Source: an uncultured Flavobacteriaceae bacterium
GTDB lineage: Bacteria; Bacteroidota; Bacteroidia; Flavobacteriales; Flavobacteriaceae
Assembly (NCBI GenBank): GCA_963822355.1
Contig: CAWGHI010000007.1
Location: 12,676 to 76,675, forward strand
Reading direction: 5' to 3'
Length of the DNA stretch: 64,000 nt
This document shows positions 18,203 to 27,666 of this stretch, one piece after another; the stretch's first letter is position 1; every line of letters starts with the position of its first letter. The position numbers were made by a program, and so were the translations under genes. The notes below the pieces were generated by a model. That model was given only the letters and a program-made list of their open reading frames with translations. It made no database searches and had not been told where the DNA came from.

Positions 18203-20308
18203 TCACGAAATATAATTCCAGATATTCCGATATTTTACAAGCTGTGCATACGTATTTTTGATAGCACTGTTTTCTTCGGCAATTAGGTTGGGATCTTCCC
18301 GAAGCGTTTGTGCCGCATAACTTCGTGCAATCTTCAATATTTCCGAATCTCTTACAATATCTGCAATACGAAGGTTAAGCACCCCGCTTTGCTGGGTGCC
18401 CATTAAATCACCGGGCCCACGCAGTTTTAGATCCACTTCTGCTATCTCAAAACCGTCGCTGGTGCGAACCATCGTTTGCAGACGTGTTTTTGCATCTGCC
18501 GAAAGTTTGTGGCCAGTCATTAAAATGCAATAGCTCTGTTCCGCGCCTCGGCCTACTCTTCCTCGCAATTGGTGTAATTGTGAAAGGCCGAAACGTTCCG
18601 CACTTTCAATAATCATAACGCTGGCGTTCGGAACATTTACTCCAACTTCAATAACCGTAGTGGCGACCATTATTTGTGTTTCGCCTTTAATAAAACGGTT
18701 CATTTCATATTCCTTATCAGCAGATTTCATTTGGCCATGGACTATGGAAACTTGATATTCTGGCAATGGAAATTCGCGTACAATACTTTCATATCCGTCC
18801 ATCAAATCCTTGTAATCCATAGTCTCGCTTTCCTGTATTAACGGGTAAACAATATACACCTGCCGACCCTTGCTAATTTCGTCCTTTATAAACCGAAAAA
18901 CCTTCAGTCTATTTGCATCAAAACGGTGCACGGTTTTGATGTCTTTTCTGCCCGGTGGAAGCTCATCAATGATACTAATATCCAGGTCGCCATAAACGCT
19001 CATGGCAAGGGTGCGGGGGATGGGGGTGGCGGTCATTACAAGTACGTGCGGCGGATACTCATTTTTGTGCCATAATTTGCTGCGTTGTTCTACCCCAAAA
19101 CGGTGTTGTTCATCAACAATTGCAAGCCCCAAATTTTTGAATTTTACCTTATCTTCGAGCAAGGCGTGGGTGCCAATTAAAATGTTTAATTCGCCATTTT
19201 CGAGTTTTTGGTGGATTTCTTTCCTTTTTGAAGTTTTGGTTGAACCAGTCAATAATTCAATACTGGTGTTCAGCTTATTACACATTTCAATTAAACCGTT
19301 ATAGTGTTGTACTGACAAAATTTCAGTCGGAGCCATTAAGCAAGCTTGAAAACCATTGTCAAGAGCTATTAGCATTGACATTAACGCTACTATCGTCTTC
19401 CCCGATCCCACATCGCCCTGAAGAAGTCGATTCATCTGTGCGTTACTTCCCAAATCGTTGCGGATTTCTTTTATTACCCGCTTCTGCGCTGCCGTCAATT
19501 CAAAGGGTAAATGTTCCAAAAAAAAGGTGTTGAACTTGTCTCCTATTTTATCAAAAGTATAGCCTTTGATTTTTGATTTATGGATGAGGTTTTTTCGGAT
19601 TAATTGCAGTTGAATGTAGAACAATTCCTCAAATTTTAATCGATATTGTGCGCGTGCCAAATGAGCCTGACTTTTTGGAAAATGTATGTTGAAAAGTGCC
19701 TCCTTTTTTGAGGCTAATTTTAGCTGTTCCAACATGGGTTTTGAAAGAGTTTCCACAAAAGCATTTTTGCTCTCCAAAAACAGTTGTTGCATCAGTAAAT
19801 TTATCACCCGATTTGTGATGCCGCTGTTCGCTAATTTTTCGGTGGAAGGATATACGGGTTGCATTGCCGAACGGATGCTTTTCTCGTGCGCATCCAGGAA
19901 TTCCATTTCGGGGTGCGGCATGGAAAAACTGTTATTGAACTGATTCGTTTTTCCGAATATGACATAGGGAACGTTCAATTTCAAATTCTCCCGAATCCAT
20001 TTTTGACCACGAAACCACACTAATTCCATCGTTCCCGTTTCGTCCATAAATGTAGCGACCAGTCTTTTTCCGCGTTTTTGTTCCACCGTTTTTATGTGAG
20101 TGATTTTTCCAATAACCTGAACTTCAGCATTGGTTTGTAGCAATTGGGCAATTTTATAATACTGCGTGCGGTCCAGATATCTATTTGGAAAAAGATTCAG
20201 CAAATCCTGAAATGTATGGATGCCCAACTCTTTTTTAAGTAAATCCGCCCGGTTTGGGCCGACGCCTTTAAGATAATCTATTGGAGTTTGCAGGAAATTG
20301 GCATTCAT
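18203..20308 (-). CDS. recG: ATP-dependent DNA helicase RecG
   Basis: LKGVGP, RLKFEELF, RLLQGDVGSGKT, DEQHRFGV, MTATPIPRT and QLRGRVGRG motifs. Confidence 0.98.
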   Translation of the reverse strand: MNANFLQTPIDYLKGVGPNRADLLKKELGIHTFQDLLNLFPNRYLDRTQYYKIAQLLQTNAEVQVIGKITHIKTVEQKRGKRLVATFMDETGTMELVWFRGQKWIRENLKLNVPYVIFGKTNQFNNSFSMPHPEMEFLDAHEKSIRSAMQPVYPSTEKLANSGITNRVINLLMQQLFLESKNAFVETLSKPMLEQLKLASKKEALFNIHFPKSQAHLARAQYRLKFEELFYIQLQLIRKNLIHKSKIKGYTFDKIGDKFNTFFLEHLPFELTAAQKRVIKEIRNDLGSNAQMNRLLQGDVGSGKTIVALMSMLIALDNGFQACLMAPTEILSVQHYNGLIEMCNKLNTSIELLTGSTKTSKRKEIHQKLENGELNILIGTHALLEDKVKFKNLGLAIVDEQHRFGVEQRSKLWHKNEYPPHVLVMTATPIPRTLAMSVYGDLDISIIDELPPGRKDIKTVHRFDANRLKVFRFIKDEISKGRQVYIVYPLIQESETMDYKDLMDGYESIVREFPLPEYQVSIVHGQMKSADKEYEMNRFIKGETQIMVATTVIEVGVNVPNASVMIIESAERFGLSQLHQLRGRVGRGAEQSYCILMTGHKLSADAKTRLQTMVRTSDGFEIAEVDLKLRGPGDLMGTQQSGVLNLRIADIVRDSEILKIARSYAAQTLREDPNLIAEENSAIKNTYAQLVKYRNIWNYIS

Positions 20309-20499
20309 AAAGTTAGCTTCCCGTTTTTTGGTAAAAAACGTTTTGGATTATTCTTTTTGATGTTATAAGTGATATATTTGTTAATACCTTGGCTAATTTA
20401 AACAATCCTTTGTATGAATTGTCTTCAATTAATTATAAACTAATCGATAATGGGTAATTTTGGCTTTCCAACTTCCTTATTATCAAAACTTATTCACGG

Positions 20500-22077
20500 A
20501 TGAAAAAAAAATACTTTTTATTTGCTTTAATTCTTTTACTCCAAGTTTCAGCTTTTGCCAAAAACCTAGTAGTACCTGAGCTAACAACACGATTAACTGA
20601 GGATTATCCTATTGAAATGCCTGTATTGAAGGCATATCCAATTTATATGAATGCTTCGGTGGAAGCGCCGGATACTATTTCGGAAGTTACTATTACTATC
20701 AACGGTACCGAATATCCTGCTATTGCTGATACAGGCTTTTTCTATTATTTGTGGACCCCGGACGGTTATGGAAATCATGAAATAATTATGACTGCTAAAA
20801 CCGTAAATGGTGACGAAACTTCACTTACACGAAATGTTTCAGTAACTGAGACTGCGACTTCACAAACTGTAAGAAGTTTAGAAGATGTTATTATAGAGTT
20901 TAATGGCGATAACAGCCGCTGGTATTATGGAACTTATTCTTTTCCGCAGTTTGTAGGTGCTTACAATGATATGAATGCTTTTTTGGAAGTGGAATGTCCA
21001 AATATTGCAGGAGGTTGTGATGATTGGGACCGCTGGGCTTTTATAGATGTTAAGGCGCCGGATGGAAATTGGATTCAACTTATTCGTTATATTACCCCCT
21101 ATCGAGTAGCCTGCAATCACGAATTGAATGTAACCGATTATATGTCATTGCTTCAGGGCGAAGTAGAAATACGTGTGTTTATTGATACATGGGGAACTGG
21201 CGGTTGGCAGCTAACTTTAGATACAGATTATACCGCAGGTGCACCAGAATATGCCTACAGCAACGTAGTAGAAGTTTGGGATGGCGAATACGCTTTTGGC
21301 GATCCCGCCAATTTGCAACCTGTTGAAACTTTTAATGTAGAAATTCCAGAAGGAGTAGAGGCTTCCCATTTACGTGTTTCCAATACCGGGCACGGCTGGG
21401 GAGGAAATAACACGGGCAATGCTGCTGAGTTTTTTAACGCAACACATTATTTAGATATAAATGGAACTCAAACTTTCACACAACATTTATGGAACCAATG
21501 CAACCCGAACCCAGATGGCTGTACGGGTCAACAGGGAACTTGGCAATACTCAAGGGCTGGTTGGTGTCCTGGCGCCATTTCGCCGCCAAATATTTATGAT
21601 CTGACGTCCTATGCAGGAACTACGTTTAATTTAGATTACCGTTTCCACCCGAGTTATCAGGATTTTTGCCATCCAAATAACCCGGACTGTATATCAGGTC
21701 AGACCTGTGCAGATTGCAATGACGGGTACAATCCTGTTTATTATGTAGATACGCAAATAATTAACCAAAGTAATAACCCCATGGTCTATGGGAATACGCT
21801 TGGAATTAACGCCATAGACAACACACAGGTTTACGATATTACCATTTTTCCAAATCCTTCAAAAGGAGTTTTTCAAATTAAGACTCAGTATCCTGAATCC
21901 ACAACACGTATGACTATTAATACTGTGGAAGGAAAATCCGTGAAAGCTTACTATTTTAAAACTTCTACCGAATTGAACAATTATTCCTTTGACGTTACAA
22001 GTCTTTCGAAAGGTGTTTATTTCATCAACCTTGAAAATTCTTATGGTACAGGCGTGAAAAGAATTATTTTAGAATAG
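20500..22077 (+). CDS. Peptide-N-glycosidase F-related protein with T9SS type A sorting domain
   Basis: Signal peptide; Ig-like N-domain; CDDWDR, RYITPY, GHGWG..AAEF and RAGWCPG PNGase F motifs; CTD (IFPNPSKG...DVTSLSKGVYFI...KRIILE). Confidence 0.85.
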   Translation: MKKKYFLFALILLLQVSAFAKNLVVPELTTRLTEDYPIEMPVLKAYPIYMNASVEAPDTISEVTITINGTEYPAIADTGFFYYLWTPDGYGNHEIIMTAKTVNGDETSLTRNVSVTETATSQTVRSLEDVIIEFNGDNSRWYYGTYSFPQFVGAYNDMNAFLEVECPNIAGGCDDWDRWAFIDVKAPDGNWIQLIRYITPYRVACNHELNVTDYMSLLQGEVEIRVFIDTWGTGGWQLTLDTDYTAGAPEYAYSNVVEVWDGEYAFGDPANLQPVETFNVEIPEGVEASHLRVSNTGHGWGGNNTGNAAEFFNATHYLDINGTQTFTQHLWNQCNPNPDGCTGQQGTWQYSRAGWCPGAISPPNIYDLTSYAGTTFNLDYRFHPSYQDFCHPNNPDCISGQTCADCNDGYNPVYYVDTQIINQSNNPMVYGNTLGINAIDNTQVYDITIFPNPSKGVFQIKTQYPESTTRMTINTVEGKSVKAYYFKTSTELNNYSFDVTSLSKGVYFINLENSYGTGVKRIILE

Positions 22078-22100
22078 AAAATTAATTCACAACTTTTAAA

Positions 22101-22137
22101 AAGGTTATTTTTGACTCTCAAGAATAACCTTTTTTTA
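22101..22137 (+). terminator. Rho-independent terminator
   Basis: AAGGTTATTTTTGA-ctc-TCAAGAATAACCTT followed by a T run. Confidence 0.75.
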
Positions 22138-22187
22138 TGCTTAATTTTTTGAAAATAAGATTTGATGAAGATCCGCGAAAGCTCTCA

Positions 22188-24249
22188 ATGTTGCTTTTTT
22201 TTCTCCTGTTTTTTGGATTTTGCTTCCATGGAGAATTAGCAGCCCAGCAGACTGATGTTGTGGATTTTTTGAAGATTGAGGCGACAAATAAGTCCGGATG
22301 CTGTTGAAAAAAAAATAGCAGGGAGATTTGTGACCACCTTTGAAGTTTTAAAAAAAACCGATTCCATTTTTATGGATGCCGTAAATATAAATATAGATGA
22401 AATTAAAAGTAAAGAATTCAAAATATCTGCCGAGGAGAAGAAGGTTTGGTTTGTCGGCGATTTTGAAAAAGGAAAAACATACGTAGCGGATTTTTATTAT
22501 GAAATGTTCCCCAAACAAACACTTTATTTTTTTGAAGATCAAATATGGACGCAGGGTCAGGGTAAATACACTTCGCATTGGTTGCCAAGTATAGATGATG
22601 TAAATGAAAAGATTGAGTTTGATTTGCTCTTAGTTGCCGAAGCTGATAAAAATATAATTGCAAATGGTAAATTAATGGATTTGGGTGAGATTCGCTGAAG
22701 AAGTACCTGGCAGTTCGATATGAAAAAACCCATGTCCAGCTATTTGGTAGCTTTCGCAATTGGCGATTTCGACAAAAAAGAACTCGTTTCAAATTCCGGA
22801 ATTCCAATTGAATTGTATTACAAACCTTCTGATTCTCTTAAGGTTGAGCCAACCTACCGCTACAGCAAACAGATTTTCGATTTTTTGGAAACAGAAATCG
22901 GCCTGCCCTATCCGTGGCAAAATTACAAGCAAGTTCCCGTTCGCGATTTTCTTTATGCCGGAATGGAAAACACAACCGCAACTTTTTTTTCCGAAGCGTT
23001 TATGGTGGATTCCATAGGCTTTAACGACAGAAATTATGTAAATGTCAACGCCCACGAACTTGCCCACCAATGGTTTGGCGATTTGGTTACGGAAAAGGCA
23101 AACAAGGATCATTGGCTGCAGGAGGGTTTTGCTACTTATTTCGCTTTATTGGCAGAAAAGGAAGTTTTTGGCGACGATTATTTTTATTGGCAATTGTACC
23201 AAACCGCAGAGCAATTAAAGGCCATGAGTGACGAAGGCAAAGGCGAATCCCTATTAAACCCCAAAGCAAGTTCACTTACATTTTATCAAAAAGGAGCTTG
23301 GGCGCTTCATATTTTACGGGAGAAAATTGGCGATGAGGCTTTTAAAACTGCCATCAAAAATTATCTGGAAAAATATAAATTCAAAAATGTTTCTACCGAC
23401 GATTTTTTAAATGAAGTAAAAGCTGTTACGGAAATTGATATTACTGAATTCGAAAATAATTGGCTAAAACAGAGCGCTTTTCAAAGTGAAGATGCCTATC
23501 AATCTTTACTGAAATCGCCGTTCATCAGAAAATATTTTGAAATCTCTGCGCTTCGGGCCGTACCTTTATCTGAAAAAGAAATTCAGTTAAAAACGGCGCT
23601 CACATTTCCGAATGATTTTATTGGACAGGAAGCTGTTTATCAATTGGTTGATGAACCTATTTCAGAAACACTTCCGCTCTACAAAACCGCTTTTGAAAGT
23701 AATAATCTATATGTTCGGCAAGCGGTGGCGCTTTCATTGCAGACCATTCCGAAGGAACTTCAAACTGAATATGAAAGTCTTTTAAATGACGAATCATACG
23801 TTACTTTGGAAACAGCTTTATATCAATTATGGTCACAATTTCCTGAAAAGCGAAAGGAATATCTAATTAAAATAAAGGGAATTGAAGGTTTTCAAAATAA
23901 GAATGTGCGTCAATTGTGGCTAACTTTAGCTTTGATTACGGAAGATTTCGAAATTGCTGAAAAGGAAAATTATTTAAAGGAACTGAAAAATTATACTTCC
24001 CCCGACTATAGTTTCGAAATCCGCGAAAAAGCGTTTGAATTTGTCAACGAACTTCTGCTTTGGGATTTGGAAACCCTTAAAAATCTTGCGGAAGCAACTG
24101 TTCATCCCACTTGGCGTTTTGCAAAATCTTCAAAAACACTATTGAATAATTTACTTCAGGAAAAAAAATACCACGAACAAATAAAGATTTTGGGCAGACA
24201 GGTTTCAGAAAAGGCCGCCAATTATTTAAATTCAATCATAAAGGAATGA
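22188..24249 (+). pseudogene. M1-family metalloaminopeptidase interrupted by a +1 frameshift (~22287) and an in-frame TGA (22696-22698)
   Basis: Signal peptide MLLFFLLFFG..AQQTDVVDFLKIEAT; MSSYLVAFAIG, YAGMEN and HELAHQWFG..WLQEGFA motifs. ORFs 22276-22698 and 22720-24249 are in the same frame. Confidence 0.85.
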
Positions 24250-25160
24250 GAGCATTGGTAATTTCGGGCGGTGGCAGTAAAGGCGCATTCGCCGGGGGCG
24301 TGGCTCAGTATTTAATGGAAAAAATGCGCCATGACTACGATCTTTTTGTAGGAACTTCAACCGGCAGTTTGCTAATTTCCCATTTGGCTTTGAACGAGGT
24401 TGAAAAAATAAAAGGGGTTTTTACCTCTGTCAATCAACATAGTATTTTCAGTAGTTGTCCTTTTATTATAAAAGAAGATAAGTTTGGAGGCAAACAAATC
24501 GCGATAAACCACTTCACGGTTTTGAAAAATTTTATGAAGGGGAAAAAAACCTTCGGGGAAAGTTTGAATCTTCGAAAATTGATTGAAAAAACGTTTACCG
24601 AGAATGAATTCAATAACTTGAAAGCCTCCGAAAAAGAAGTAGTGGTAACGGTTTCCAACCTTTCGCTAAACCAAGTGGAATATAAATCCGTCAATGATTT
24701 TGAGTACAAGGATTTTTGTGATTGGATTTGGATTTCTTCGAATTTCACACCATTTATGAGCTTGGTGAAAAAGGACGGATGCGAATATGCCGATGGTGGT
24801 TTTGGCAGTATGGTACCTATTGAAGAGGCTATAAACAGAGGTGCTACAACTATTGATGTAATTGTTTTGGAAACGGAGGTTACCTATTACAACAGGCTTC
24901 CTTCAAAAAATGTGTTTTCCCTGCTTACGAATATGCACAGTTATATGGCGGACCGTATAGAAAAACAGAATATCCGAATTGGAAAATTTGTAGCTGCCAA
25001 TAAAGATGTTATTATCAACTTGTATTATACGCCCACTGTTTTAACTACAAATTCCTTGATTTTTGATAAAGAAATGATGGGTAAATGGTGGGAGCGTGGC
25101 CATGAATATGCAGAACAAAAAAATGGCGAACTCAATGAAATAAAAACCAATGATGTTTAA
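24246..25160 (+). CDS. Patatin-like phospholipase
   Basis: SGGGSKG, GTSTG and DGG motifs. Confidence 0.92.
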   Translation: MRALVISGGGSKGAFAGGVAQYLMEKMRHDYDLFVGTSTGSLLISHLALNEVEKIKGVFTSVNQHSIFSSCPFIIKEDKFGGKQIAINHFTVLKNFMKGKKTFGESLNLRKLIEKTFTENEFNNLKASEKEVVVTVSNLSLNQVEYKSVNDFEYKDFCDWIWISSNFTPFMSLVKKDGCEYADGGFGSMVPIEEAINRGATTIDVIVLETEVTYYNRLPSKNVFSLLTNMHSYMADRIEKQNIRIGKFVAANKDVIINLYYTPTVLTTNSLIFDKEMMGKWWERGHEYAEQKNGELNEIKTNDV

Positions 25161-25202
25161 GTTTGAAGACCCGACCTTGCAATAGAATTACGCCAATATA
25201 AG

Positions 25203-25727
25203 TTAAAAAAGTTCGCTTACTTCTTTTTTTAAATAAGCTAAAGCTTTCTGGGAAGGAGAAACTTCGTCCATATTATTTTGCAGAAGCCCTGTGCGCATTT
25301 TGTCAACATTACCCTCTTTTTCCATCATAGCGCCTTGCCGGATAATGTGAATTGTAGCATTCTTGGCGGCGTTAATTAAATTCCAACATTCAGGGGTAAC
25401 ATATATTTGCTGGGTAAGATTGTGATCATATTCCTGTTCAATATTTTTTATCAACAGGTTTTCATAATCTTCTTTTGAATCGGAAAAAGGTTTTACGCGC
25501 ACTAATAATCTATTGGGATCAATCCGCTCCAAAAACAATGTAATTCTTTCGTAGGCCTGCAATCTAAGCGGTAAAACCTGTTTTTGGGCTTCTTTTTGAA
25601 CCAAATATCTTCTTCGGCCTTCTTCATTGGCAGTATGGCCTTTAAAGAAAAAATATGCAATAATTGCCACGACAATAGCGGGCAATAAATAGGCTACATA
25701 ACTAATAATTTGGGTTGCTTCTTCCAT
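25203..25727 (-). CDS. Conserved hypothetical membrane-anchored protein
   Basis: N-terminal TM; LRLQAYER..LFLERI and H.LTQQIYV motifs familiar from Bacteroidota hypotheticals. Confidence 0.75.
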   Translation of the reverse strand: MEEATQIISYVAYLLPAIVVAIIAYFFFKGHTANEEGRRRYLVQKEAQKQVLPLRLQAYERITLFLERIDPNRLLVRVKPFSDSKEDYENLLIKNIEQEYDHNLTQQIYVTPECWNLINAAKNATIHIIRQGAMMEKEGNVDKMRTGLLQNNMDEVSPSQKALAYLKKEVSELF

Positions 25728-25799
25728 AAAGATTTTTATATAGGAACAAACTTAATATGTTTTTGGTATATGGGCAAGAGATACTTTTAGATCAAAACC

Positions 25800-27416
25800 C
25801 TAATAGCGGACTTTATTTTCCTTCTTCATTGCTTTCACTTCTTTTTTAGCTTCTTTTTCGTGATAGTTTCCACCCAAATGAGGACAATCGGATAGCGCTT
25901 TTACGCTTTCAAAGGGAACTTCACATTTATGATACATAAACGATTCTGCCAAAGTTTTGACCAGGTTTTTATCGCCCACTGTTAAATCTACATCGTCCAT
26001 TGTAAATTGGCAGGGATGTTCGTAACCACAGGCGTGGGTCATCTCCAGGAGTTCTTTTCTGAAGTTTTTAAAATAAAAATGGGCCCGAACCGATTTATCT
26101 TCAATATCTATTCCCCGCTGCAACCATTTATTTTGGGTTGCCACGCCACTTGGGCATTTATTGGTGTGACATTGTTGTGCTTGGATGCAGCCAATGCTCA
26201 TCATTGCCTCCCTGGCAACGTTTACTAAATCGGCACCCATGGAAAAAGCCATGACCGCTCTTGCCGGAAATCCTAATTTTCCACTACCAATAAACACAAT
26301 CCGGTCACAAATGTCGTGCTTTTTGAAAATTTTGTAAACTTCTGCAAAACCAAAAAGCCAGGGTAACGAAACGTGATCGGCAAAACTTGGTGGAGACGCG
26401 CCGGTTCCGCCTTCACCTCCATCAATGGTTATAAAATCTGGACCTTTGCCCGTTTCTTTCATTATCTGCGCGAGTTTCTCCCATTCACCTAAACCTCCAA
26501 CGGCAGATTTTATTCCAACCGGGAGTCCTGTTGCTTCTGCAATGCTTTCAACAAATTCGACTAAACCATTTATCCCATCAAAAGCTGAGTGCCTAGGAGG
26601 TGAAAGTACATCCTTACCTAAAGGTACGTGCCGTATTTCCGCAATTTCAGGAGTTATTTTTGCGCCGGGAAGCACGCCTCCTTTGCCTGGTTTCGCACCT
26701 TGGGAAATTTTTACTTCGATAGCCCTAACTTGTGGATTTTCGTTTACAAGTTTTACGATTTTTTCCATCGAAAATTCACCGTTTTCATCGCGGACGCCAA
26801 AATATCCTGTTCCAAAGTGAAAAATTACATCAGCTCCGGTCTTGTGATAGGGAGAAAGTCCACCTTCACCCGTATTGTGATAGCAATAAGCCAAAGCACA
26901 ACCTTTGTTTAATGATTCGACTGCGCGGGCAGAAAGTGACCCAAAACTCATAGCTGAAACATTTATTATTGAAGTTGGTCGATAAGGCCTTCTTCGTTTG
27001 TGATAGCCTCCCATTAATTTGGCGCACGGAACAAAATAGGGATTTTTATAATTCGGATTGTCTTTTTCAATTTTATAAGGAAGCAGCGAATTATTTATAA
27101 AAATATAATTCGGCTCATAAATGTCGCGGTCCGTTCCGAAACCTTCGTAATTGTTTTCATTTTTCGCGGAAGCATAAATCCATCCGCGCTCAATCCTGTT
27201 AAAAGGGAGTTCTTCTCGGTTATTGGCTACAATATATTGCCGGAGTTCAGGACCAATACTTTCAAGCATATAGCGTAGATGACCAACTATGGGAAAGTTA
27301 TGGCTTATAGTATGACGCTTGTTGAAAAAGATGTCGCGAATGGCAACAATTAAAAGAAATAATAGAACCCAGCCCCACCAAGGTATATTGGCAAGAAATG
27401 ATAGAAATGCATCCAT
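25800..27416 (-). CDS. FMN-binding glutamate synthase family protein
   Basis: N-terminal TM; SAMSFGSLS, NTGEGG, KISQGAKPGKGG, DGGEGGTGA, CIQAQQCHTNKCP (Fe-S). Confidence 0.92.
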   Translation of the reverse strand: MDAFLSFLANIPWWGWVLLFLLIVAIRDIFFNKRHTISHNFPIVGHLRYMLESIGPELRQYIVANNREELPFNRIERGWIYASAKNENNYEGFGTDRDIYEPNYIFINNSLLPYKIEKDNPNYKNPYFVPCAKLMGGYHKRRRPYRPTSIINVSAMSFGSLSARAVESLNKGCALAYCYHNTGEGGLSPYHKTGADVIFHFGTGYFGVRDENGEFSMEKIVKLVNENPQVRAIEVKISQGAKPGKGGVLPGAKITPEIAEIRHVPLGKDVLSPPRHSAFDGINGLVEFVESIAEATGLPVGIKSAVGGLGEWEKLAQIMKETGKGPDFITIDGGEGGTGASPPSFADHVSLPWLFGFAEVYKIFKKHDICDRIVFIGSGKLGFPARAVMAFSMGADLVNVAREAMMSIGCIQAQQCHTNKCPSGVATQNKWLQRGIDIEDKSVRAHFYFKNFRKELLEMTHACGYEHPCQFTMDDVDLTVGDKNLVKTLAESFMYHKCEVPFESVKALSDCPHLGGNYHEKEAKKEVKAMKKENKVRY

Positions 27417-27666
27417 GGAAAGTTTTTTTATAAAGGTATTTAAAATTGTAGGCTTTTGGAAATCGTTTAACTTATATTAAAATGTTTACTTAAAATAATC
27501 AGAAATTGGCAGAAAACGAACCCAAAAGCATGATATAGATTATTCTGCTTGTTAGGCAGAGATTCCAACTGGAATTATTAATCACCCGGTGTTTATAATT
27601 TCAATAAAAACCTTTTACATATTCTTTTGATAATGGTTATTTTCACAACTTGAAGAAAATGAAGTT

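Noticed and set aside
22696-22698. Selenocysteine or genetic-code reassignment of TGA
   Set aside because: TGA serves as a normal stop elsewhere (e.g. aroE-region, menA and GNAT genes), no SECIS-like hairpin is evident, and the position is not catalytic.
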